From Nymphaea colorata (Eukaryota): a stretch of 64,000 bases of DNA. This document shows positions 41,000 to 50,808 of the stretch, in pieces. The stretch is from NCBI RefSeq assembly GCF_008831285.2, contig NC_045138.2:38874001-38938000 (forward strand). The letters run 5' to 3'. The translations under genes were made by a program, and so were the position numbers. A model generated the notes under the pieces. That model ran no database searches. It was not told where the DNA came from and was given only the letters and a program-made list of their open reading frames with translations. The first letter of the stretch is position 1. Every line of letters starts with the position of its first letter.

Positions 41000-41890
41000 A
41001 GATAGAGAGAGAAAGATTACATGCTGCTAACGTAACAGTTGGTAGTGTTTATTGACCGAGTGTTGTTTATTGGCCCAGTACATTGAACATCGTTGGCGAA
41101 TCCCTTCACGGGGTTCAGGTCGACCCATCCTGATAAACCACTGCAAGGGTTAACGCTGAAGTTCCAGTTCTTCTTCCCCAGGATGCTACCGATCTCCTTC
41201 AGAGCAGCCCCTGCATTTTGCAGTTTCAACGCCATTAAATAGCATTACAGAAAACAGAATATCAATGTTCATTGGCCATAAATATCCATGCATTTTGTAA
41301 GGAAAATCAAGTTCAACCAGTAATCACTCCCGATCTGACTCGATTCTCCCGCTCGTGGACCGGGTCAGACACTCTGGACACCGTCCATCTTCAAGATGAC
41401 AGGTCGAGAATGGATGGGCAGTCGTCGGTAGGAGCCGTTCATCTTCACCTTTGAAGACGAACGGTGACCAGAAGCGTTCTTCGGATCTCATCCATTCTCG
41501 GCCGGCCGGACTTGGAGGTAATCAGAAGCACGCTTTTCTGGCCCAGAATTTCTAGTGACCGGCGGGTTTCTTCTTGGTGTACTGCTGTCGGAAAGAACTT
41601 CCAGTATCTTGGAAATTCAATGAAGAATGTCGCTCCAAGACCAAAGATGGAAGCGCCAATCAAACATAAAAAAGCGGCAAAGAAGCTCATGCATAATCAA
41701 ATAAAACAGAGATAGAGAAAGAGGGGCATACGAATTGGTGGTACTTACTTTCGCCCGGACCCAGAGAACAGTTGGAAGTTTGTGCCAAGGTGAAATGTAA
41801 GGAAGAGACTAAGAGTAAGAAGAAGCTAAGGGAGAGAAAGAGGGTGGAGGAGCTCCAGCGATCAACTCGGCCGCCAATGATTAATGACAT
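30730..41890 (-). CDS. LRR-malectin receptor-like Ser/Thr kinase (LRR-VIII-2 type), paralogue C; complete, 1031 aa
   Basis: 24 exons in frame: 41890-41749, 41210-41021, 39843-39772, 39662-39594, 38921-38850, 38755-38684, 38603-38532, 37840-37769, 37681-37610, 37517-37446, 37356-37285, 37168-37100, 37019-36957, 35761-35702, 35616-35581, 35459-35407, 35301-34916 (malectin), 34842-34644, 33646-33515 (TM), 33092-32974, 32272-32062, 31947-31710 (HRDIKCTN...[10 protein letters not shown]), 31357-31207, 31131-30730. Intron positions and phases match paralogue B. Confidence 0.95.
32529..32872. mobile_element. hAT-type MITE (same family) in RLK-C intron 20
   Basis: TIRs CTATGTTACAC...GTGTGACATAG; flanks GTATCTGG / GTATTTGA (6/8 TSD); the same GGGTG(C/T)GG subterminal repeats. 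Confidence 0.8.
33729..33802. repeat. Compound (CT)n(CA)n microsatellite
   Basis: Seen directly in RLK-C intron 18. Confidence 0.95.
34132..34341. mobile_element. hAT-type MITE (same family, opposite orientation) in RLK-C intron 18
   Basis: Degenerate TIRs CTAAGTAAC...TGACATGG; flanks GATTTATC / GATTTACC (7/8 TSD); CCGCACC/CCACACC repeats; internal (TA)n. Confidence 0.75.
36376..36767 (-). mobile_element. Decayed TRIM-like miniature LTR retrotransposon in RLK-C intron 13
   Basis: Two diverged direct repeats (about 36376-36506 and 36593-36767) both contain GCCCACTCCCACA(C)TTGG and end AATAAT(G/A)GGGTGT(T/C)ACA. Between them on the minus strand are a tRNA-iMet-like PBS TGGTATCAAAGGC (about 36574-36586) and a purine-rich tract AAGAGCGGTGGATTGGAT abutting TGTAACACCCC. 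Confidence 0.7.
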
Positions 41891-42299
41891 CTTATTCACT
41901 CGCTTCGTTTGACGGCGTCGGCTACTCTGAAGCGTCTTTTAGAAGCCTCGGCAGCGGTGGACCGAGACTGCGGAGGGCAGATCAGGTCGACCAGCTGCAC
42001 GGAATGAGGAGAGAAAGACGGCGTCGCCTGATCTTGATCCGATCACTCCATCAACTCAGCTGCTCTACCAGGCCGTCATCTGGCCGGACAACTAACAGCT
42101 TTCCGAGAGGTGGAGAGAAAGTCGGCTGGCATGTACAGTTTGCCAGCGGTGGTGCCAGTTCTCGTGAGGCTTAAACCAAGCGACGCTTATCCACTTGCAA
42201 CCCCAGCAATTAATTATATGAGTTTTTTGTATTCTTATTATTTATTATTTATGTTGTATAGAATTAAAAGTAATATAAAAAATATTACAAGTTTTTTCT

Positions 42300-42569
42300 C
42301 AGGCAAGAAATCCGTTAGTGAAACTGACCGTTGATTATCAACATACGGAACACGTAACTATGCATTTTTTACCAACGCATTGTAGTCCGTCAGTGAAAAA
42401 ACAAAAGTGGGGCTCGTCGATGGTATGCATCATCGTTAGTATGACACTTATGGTATCAGTGACACTAACATCCATGTCCATCGGTACAAGTCAGACATAT
42501 ACTGATGGTTTACCAAAACCGTTAGCAACACATTTAGTGACGTTTTCTACTTTTTTTTTCATTGTAGTG
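42300..42569. mobile_element. CACTA (En/Spm) transposon terminus upstream of RLK-C
   Basis: Ends in TTTTTTCATTGTAGTG (reverse complement CACTACAATGAAAAAA). It is preceded by several CCGTTAG/CCGTCAG/CCATCGG-type subterminal repeats. No partner terminus was found. Confidence 0.6.
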
Positions 42570-44793
42570 AAGAAGTGAAAAGTGAGGACGGAGTGGGTGG
42601 AGGAATCTAAATTTGAGAAAACAGCAGAAAATCAAACATTTTGCAAAAAACCACTTATTTTTTTAAGTTCCAAGTTTTGACTTGTCTACCACCTTAAATT
42701 ATTTATGACCTTCTTCCTGTGAGGTCCAAATTAATTAGCGACTGTTTCTTCAGTCAATCCTGTTCTGCTTTGACTCGCCTTTGGACGGACCGATGGAGTC
42801 TAAAATTAGTATCAACCTTTTCTATTGACAAGTACCGAAAACGACACACCAATCCACTACACAAGACATGAAAGTTGAAATTAATTAAAAAAAAAATTAG
42901 TACAATGGAGAACATGTATATTGTGTTAGCATAATTGCATCCTGAGTCGAAACCCTTGTTCATTCCCCTTATTCTCTAAGTATTAGATTTGCTTTTGGTA
43001 TGTTCCGAATACATTCATTATGGTTCAATTTGTATATCAGTGCTCTTTTTTTACAATGTAATAAATTGATATTATTAAAATAGTGTAATAAATTGATACT
43101 ATCAAAATTTGAAACGAAAACTAACCGCATATCATCTTCTGTCTTGTGTATTATACTAACTCCCTGAGACATAATAAAAAAAACATGTATAAACTTACAA
43201 TGTTCATAACAAAAAGGAGAAATTATCCTAAAATCAACAAAATTCAGCATAAGGAAAGGAAATAAACCAAACGATCGACGATGAAGGCAATCCAAAAGCC
43301 CAATGGAGAATTAATGAAGTAGACAAAAGTTGCAGTACACAAGTGTTCTCCACACAACACAACAATTACATATTCTTTAATTTGCCAAATACTTGTCATT
43401 GAAATTGAGGGACCTAATTATTAGGAACAGAAATTGGAGAAAGATAAAAACCAGGTCACCACCTAGTTCACCTTTTATGTAGGTTGTCAATAGTAAGCAT
43501 ATGTGAATGTTTATGTTAATCACATGATTATTTTGACGACTTAGAACTCCGAAGCTCGTGAATCCTATTTCAAAAAAACAAATGATTGATTGGTTACAAA
43601 ATCAGAGCAATTTGAGAAAAATAAAATTTTATTTTATAAAGAGGACACTAAAGATAAAGAAATAATTTAAAGATATTTTAAGGATATCCAAAAAAAAAAA
43701 AGATGTCAAAAAATAGGCACGTGAGAGGTAAACTTTTTTTGTATGAAAAAGCAACTTGTCATTAATAATATATGCTGTTGTTGATTGTGTTTGATAGTCT
43801 TATATCTTAAATTTAATATTGCATTAAAAGGTATGTTTTAGGAGGTTCTCAATAAACAACCAGAGAATCTTAATAACATGAAACTTAAGTTCATGCTACA
43901 TGTTAAAAACCATAAATTTGATATAATAAGAAAATTAGATTACAGCAAATTTGAAATATACAATCAAACAAACAACCTAAGAGAAGTTTGACAACAGTAA
44001 ATAATATATGACTGTTTTATATATTTTCTCTTTTTATTCTACATATCAAATTATGTTATCGAACCATGCACCCAACGAGGGGCCGTCACTGTTTCCGAGG
44101 GATGCAAAAATATTATGACAATAAAAGAATTACAAGTGCCTGGTAGCCAATTTCGAGTTTTTAAAATGACATGGTCCTAAGAAAGAATATAAACAGATTT
44201 TGGTTCTTGTCTAACAATTTCTCCAGTTCATTCTTATCTTTGCAGGTTTATCATCTCCACTCAACTCTCATCTTCTCCCTGGATTATTGATTCGTACTCT
44301 TGTCAAAGTGTTGTCGGCCGTCGGGTCCATCCTTTTGGATTTAATCTCCTCTCAGTTAATCAACTAATGTTTTATCTTTCCACCTTGGTGGGTGGGATTT
44401 GATTGGTGAGGCGTAAAAGTAACTTGAAGTTTGATTAAAAATTTTTCTAGTTTAAAATGTTTACCGATATTGCAATATTGATTACTTTTCCTGGAGCACG
44501 CTGTGGATGTTGCACCCCATCTGGCTGCTGGCCATGGCGGCCAATGCTCGCCCGGATGGCCATGGCTAGTTTCTCTCTGACGGAAAGGCACGAGGGGAGC
44601 ACGGTGTGGATATATGCTGGTCATTTCAGCTGCACCGGCAACATATCTACAGAGGGGTAGAGAAAGTCTGACCGGCCGGCCTTTATATTGGCGATCGACG
44701 GCAAGCCTTCAACCTGTTCCTACCTCTTATCAGCGTCAAAAACTGGATTTAATTTCTATTATTAACTCTTGCTGTTCTAGTTTAAAAAACTTT

Positions 44794-45160
44794 TGACGGC
44801 ATCATGAGAAGAAAAACGCGTGGAAAGTATGATTATCAAAACAAGGAAAGGAAAAACAAAGTGTTAGGAACAATTCACAAAACAACACTCTGTCGTACAC
44901 TCAAGAGAAGGTTAGAAGCAAAAAGGAAGAAGACAATGATTTACGTGGTTCGGAGCAATGATCTCCTACATTTACGGTCGCACAGATCTCTTGTATTCTC
45001 TCTCTGATGAACACACAGACACCCTCACAGAAGCGGCGGCCATCCTCTAAACATAAGGATTAGGGCAAACCCGCATTTGTACAAAATAACATATATGCCC
45101 TTACATAAGAAAAAATTTTCATATGAGTGTCCAGTATGGATCAAGTTCCATACACCAACA
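44794..45160. mobile_element. Candidate Copia-type solo LTR
   Basis: TG...CA bounded segment (TGACGG...CCAACA) containing GATTTACGTGGTTCGG...CCTACATTTACGG, a motif I associate with plant Copia LTRs. No intact 5-bp TSD. Confidence 0.45.
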
Positions 45161-46049
45161 CAAAGACACCAAAAGTGAAAGTAGAGACTCAAATTTTTAG
45201 AAAAGTATGATAGCGATATGGTTGATGTAACTCGAGCAAGTTGGCGTACTACTAGAAAGCAAGTGGAAATGGGAAGAAGCCAAGTTTTTTGGAAAAGTCC
45301 ACTTACTTTTTAGATGCCAACTTGCTTATTAAACTTAAACATGGGCAGAGCTAATTGGGGATGGGAAAACCAAACTTACCACTTATAATAATTTTGAAAG
45401 CAAAACTTTTTTTTCCCAGTAAAACCTTTGGAATTACTATTTTGATGGAACAGCTTAATCAATTGTCTCCTTAAGTTACACGACCTACTTTTGGTGCCTT
45501 TAACTTTAGAGAGAGATCAATCAGACTTTTGATCTTGTAGTTTTCCATGTTTAATATAAGTTTTAAGATTCTTAGGTTTTGAAATCCATGGATTTCAAGA
45601 CTAAACCTTCTTAATTTTTTATACTAAGCTTTCCCTAATTGTGAACGGTTTTTAGAGAATCTTTAATTTCAAATTTCTAACTTTTTCTCTAAAAAAATTC
45701 AAGTGGGCCTCTTTGTCATAATGCAGATTCCTCGTCCTCTTTCTCGGCCTTTAATTTCTCCTCGACATTCTTTTCTTAGACTTATTCTCACAAACAAATT
45801 TTGCCGTTTGTCTCCTATTTCTCATTATGGTAAGGCCAAGCAAGCAAAGCCTCAAAGCTTGTTTGAATATTGGTGAAACAAAACAACCTGTTACATATAA
45901 AAACTTGTCTTCAACATGCATTTGGGGGCTGGAAAAAAAATCAGAAATAAGATTTTTCCAGTATACCCGCGAATTAAGCTTTCAGGAAAAAAGAAAAAGT
46001 TGTTTTTTCTCATCAATATTTTGAAATTGCAATAAAGAAATGAGATGAA

Positions 46050-46411
46050 ATGAAAGTCCGGACCAGACGCGAGAGAGAGGGAGCTGAAACCAAATTCAAT
46101 TAAATGAAATGCATTCAATTCCGATTTAAGTAACGATATCCAATCGAATTTAGATTTGGACATACATAAATCTCCAGTCAGATTTGAAGTCATATAGGAT
46201 TTAATTTTAAACAAATATCTTGCATCTAACGCCCATATATTCTGAAAATCAGCCAGATTCGATTCAAAATTTGGTTTCGGATTCAAATGTAAATGTCAGA
46301 TTCTAGATTTGGATTCAGATATGACATTTATTTGAGTCTGAACATATGAATATCCGAAAAAGCAAATATTACTTAGAAATATATTTGATTAGAATTTGTG
46401 GACGCCCCTAG
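46050..46411. repeat. Second copy of the GGATTT/GGATTC-rich dispersed repeat
   Basis: Shares AAATGAAA-TCC, GATTTGGATTCAGA and (T/C)(A/G)TGAA(T/C)ATCC(G/A)AAA segments with 29030-29385. Confidence 0.5.
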
Positions 46412-46729
46412 AGAAAGAGAGATATTAGATTGGGCAAGGTGATTGACATAGAAATTCGGCAATCTGGCCCCAAAACTAATGAAATTATGTAAGTTGATGG
46501 TTGAAGTGATCATTGATCTCAACTGGAATGGGCAAATCTCCCCATGGCCCATGTTTTTCAATGTAAATGAAAATATTCCTCAAAGTGGTAGCAAGTTTTG
46601 CCCTCTGTGGCTCTTGACAGGTAGTGTTATTCCACTGTACATGAAAAATGCAAGGAATGAAGCATATCACTTTGCATCAAACCAGAACAAAATTATTTTC
46701 TCCTTAATGGAGATTCATGTAACCTGTAG

Positions 46730-47125
46730 CTTGTAAACCAATCCAAAACATCCTTCTCCCATTTTATTGGTGTCATCGAAGTTGCCTGTGGCAACTCTAA
46801 TTTGGCAGGTGAGGAGCTTACGCTGACAGCAACACAGAATTTGATACTGCAAGTTGGAGATCAGTGAAAGAAGGCTACCGGCATCAACAGAAATGGGCCA
46901 AATCCTCGATCTGGAATCGGAAGTTGACGACTTTACATTCAAGTTTAACCATTACAGATGATGTTAAACAGAACTGGCAAGAAGTTCCATAATTGAATAG
47001 ATCAAGGGCAGCCTCACAATTACTTCCAATTGGTCAGATCTCCAATGTGGTGGAATTTCTACAGAAAACTGGTTTTTGTTCATGTGATCTATAATTTTAA
47101 ATGTAGAAGATACCAGGTCAACTCA
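46730..47125 (-). pseudogene. Degenerate relic of a fourth LRR-malectin RLK paralogue (LRR exon 6 plus first kinase exon)
   Basis: 47088-47018 aligns to LRR exon 6 (NQFSVEIPP-IGDLTN) and keeps AG/GT borders but has indels and a TAA. The adjacent CCAGGTCAACTC resembles the intron 5 sequence of B and C. About 46865-46730 encodes DLQ...QIRVATGNFDDTNKMGEGCFGLVYK, homologous to exon 20. Confidence 0.8.
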
Positions 47126-48080
47126 TGATATTGCAGAGAAGCTGTTAAGATCTAGAAAAAGCTTCAAACTAATACAAAATTCTTTCGCAGTAGCTGTTCC
47201 CATTGGAAAAGTGTGGTTTGAATCTTCATGATCTACGGCCCAAAAGCTTTGCTGTCATCTTAAGGGATGGCATAATCTACTACACTCCATGAGGCTAGGG
47301 ACCACTATACCAAACCCCACGAGGCTTTGCTTATTTTAAAAGTTAGAATGCCATATAAGTGGAGAAAATTTAGAATGTCATATAATCACATAAAGTCATT
47401 TTCTAGTGGCTTGATCACTTTCTAGTGGAATATTTGACAAAAAGACAGCTAACTTTATACATAAATAATAAAAAGCATTTTCCAGTTTACAAGTCATGAT
47501 TTAACTCACCAACCTCAATCAATATATAATGGAAAAAAAAAAGGTGTGGACAGTAACTGAATTTGGTAATCAACTAATCCTATTATACGTGAAGTTCTTG
47601 TTGTGCCAGTTGGATTCAGATTTGCCTGCAAGAAATCAGATCCGAGTACTAACGGGATTATGTCGGACTAGAAAAACGGTAGAAATGAATGAGCCAGAGT
47701 CGTTTATTCCTCATATTTAACATTTCTTCCTCGTCATTTTCTTCATCTTGAATTGGGGAGTCGGTGAACTTCGTTTTTAAGACCAATCGTGGATTCAACT
47801 TTTGGCATAAAGATTTTTAACGGGTTGCAGTAATTGCAAATTGAACCACGATTCGAACATAAAACTGCAGAGGGTGGAGTTGATGATCAACGAGGCCACC
47901 GTGGCCTGCAGTTGTTGACATCTCTTCGTCGCTGCTACCAACACCATTGGCGTCGCTTTATCTTCTCCGTCGACTGTCGGTAACTCTTGCGTCGTCACCG
48001 GTGCTCTCCTCTTTGCCCCCTCATTCGCACTCTTCCCCACTCACTCTCTTCCCTGCGCAGATCGCAGCTCGCAGTCACAG

Positions 48081-48190
48081 GTATGTTCCTCTCTCTCTCT
48101 CTCTCTCTCTTTCTCTAGGAGGGCTGCTTGATTTGCATCGGCCATGGCTAACGTGCAATTTCTTCCTCCCCTTGAGCTCCTCCGCTGCAG
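48081..48190 (+). other. Probable 5'UTR intron of MTHFR containing a (CT)n tract
   Basis: CAG|GTATGT donor at 48081, pyrimidine-rich body with (CT)n, TGCAG acceptor ending 48190, 38 nt before the ATG. It is preceded by a GC/CT-rich leader (about 47900-48080). Confidence 0.6.
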
Positions 48191-48228
48191 ATCTCTTCTT
48201 GCTCTTACGTACTAACAAGAAAGTAAAG

Positions 48229-50757
48229 ATGAAGGTGATCGAGAAGATCAGGGAAGCTGCAAAGGAGGACAGAGTAATCTTCTCCTTCGAGTACTTCCCA
48301 CCCAAAACTGAGGATGGTGTGGACAATCTGTTTGAGAGGATGGAGAGGATGGTGGCCCACAATCCGGCCTTCGGAGATATCACCTGGGGAGCTGGCGGAT
48401 CCACGGCCGACCTGACTCTCGACATCTCTAACAGGATGCAAAACATGGTAAGTGTGAAGAAAAGAGAGGAAAACAAAAAAAAGAAGTCATCAACCTCGAT
48501 TCTTGTTCGTTCTTCTGTTTCCTCTTCTTTCGGCCCTCCAGATCTGGAAGGAGCACATGCTTCGAAAGAGAGACATGTGAACTCCGGCGAAACTGGTCCA
48601 GCATTGCTGGAGTGTCTTCTGCATTCTTTAGTTTCTGATCCATTGTATATCTGCCTACCGTCCTTAAATTTCTTTTTACTATGTTTTCATAATTCGAACT
48701 TTCTTGGTTCGCTATGCGATACCATTAACAAAAATTCAAGCGGATCTTTTCTTCTTCTTCTTTAACATAAGATCTTGCCGGCAGGATCCAACCATGACTT
48801 TTCTGTCTTCGTGATTGCAGATCTGCGTGGAGACCATGATGCATTTGACTTGCACGAATATGCCGGTTGATAAGATCGATCATGCCCTTGACACTATCAA
48901 ATCTAACGGCATCCAGAATGTGTTGGCCCTCCGTGGTGATCCTCCTCATGGACAGGATAAGTTTGTGCAAGTAGAAGGTGGCTTTGCTTGCGCACTCGAT
49001 CTGGTACTCAACGTTTCTTTCTTTATCTACTGCACTTGATTTCTGAATTGCCTATTATGCAACACAGCTCCGTTTCATATATTATTTCAACAGTAGTAGA
49101 GGTACATCTACTTTCTGCTTTCACTGTGAATAAACATGAAGCACGTTTCTGCTTCGAAAAGCCACATTAACTGCTCAGATCAAGACTGTTTCTATTATAT
49201 CGTACTTGCATGGCCATCGGAATGCTCGCTGCAGTATGCTATAAATTATGCGTTTAAATGAACTCATGTACTACATGCACAAACTTTGACATTATATTGC
49301 CTGAGGAGTTGTGGTTGGGCTGCACTTCACATGTTATTTTGTATGGGCAAAGTCCCCTTTTGTGGGATAAAGTTATTGCTGCGGGAGATCCTGAAATGAG
49401 CACAAAGTTTCAATGACTGAAGCTAGTTATAATGTGTTCCTGGTCCTTTTTCTTTCCTTCAAAGTACATCCAAATGCATTTTTATCTATTCATTTTAGTT
49501 GAATGAAATTCTGCAACATCTGTACAGGTGAGGCATATACGTGCCAAATATGGCGATTACTTTGGCATAACTGTTGCTGGTTACCCAGGTCAGTGTTTTT
49601 GTTTCTCTCTTATGGATCCATCATTGTTCCATTTCTTTTGCCTCTTTTGACTTTTCTGTTTACCTGATCAAGTACTTCATTCATTTCAGAGGCTCATCCT
49701 GACATGATAACGGGTGATGGCGGAGTTTCCGAAGAAGGCTATCAAAGTGATCTTGCCTATTTAAAGAGGAAGGTGATTGTTTTCTGTTCTTTATAGAAGC
49801 ATGCCTCCTTCAGGAGATAGTGAAATGCTAATGATCTTTTGGTACATTAAGGGACAAATATGTATATATTTTTTCCTGAAAAATAGAGAAGCCATTCTTG
49901 CCTTCTTGGGATATGAGATCTGGCTGTACTAGTCTGACTTGTACCTACAGTTGCCTCTGTGAATGTCTAGAACCTTTATGTGAAACTCCCGATGAGCCTC
50001 TGGGACCTTCATCTGGCCATGCATGGTAGGACTTAATTTTGCAAGGTTGTGCAGTGAGGTTGGCCAGATGTCAGGGGTGAAGGCTTCTTCACAGTTGCTC
50101 TACCCACTTGGTTCAGAATATGCGTGGAATATCTTTCATTTTTGTATTATCATTTTCTATTTTTAAAACATTATATGAACTAAGCTCTGTTGCTCACATT
50201 CTCTCTATGCCTTCTTGCAATTAGAAAAAAAAAAATGAATTCGAGTTTTAAGCATGAGGAGCCTTCTTATGATTGTTTTGAATAAACTTTTGCTCCTTCC
50301 AAAAATGTCAAGGGATGTGTGGTGGATATTCTGGAAATAGTTTCTTGAGACATCTAGTCATTTTGGTTTTAAAATTTCTTATGAACATAATGTACTTGCA
50401 GAAATTTGTTTAGGAAGCCCCACTTATGTTCTAGTTCCATTGAGAAAAAGCATTGAGAACATCTTGCCAAGACCTATAATTCAGTAAACATGTGCTTTTA
50501 TTACTTTTAAATGTACCCACAAATTTATGAGTTTATTATCTCTGAGCCTATTCTAACAACAAAGCAGAAGGATCCAGCTTAGGGGCAATTTAGATACACT
50601 AGGGCATATTTGTATTACTTACTAGAATCCAAGCAACAGATGCAAATCCCTCTGAAAATGAAATGGGCTGCAATTTCATGAATATGAATTTATTAATCTC
50701 CCAGTATGCGTTTGCATGAGTACATTATTAGAATAGTGGGGTTTCCTTTTATGGTTC

Positions 50758-50808
<51 letters not shown>

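Noticed and set aside
47795..48040. Minus ORF starting (G)GKSANEG resembling the RLK-C exon21/intron readthrough FGKSANGG
   Set aside because: The match is short, lies in intron-derived translation, and has no flanking kinase similarity. It is most likely coincidence in the MTHFR leader.
47947..48765. 272-aa ORF as an N-terminally extended MTHFR
   Set aside because: It starts at a TTG, reads through the probable 5'UTR intron ((CT)n gives LSLSLS) and into intron 1. The conserved protein starts at ATG 48229.
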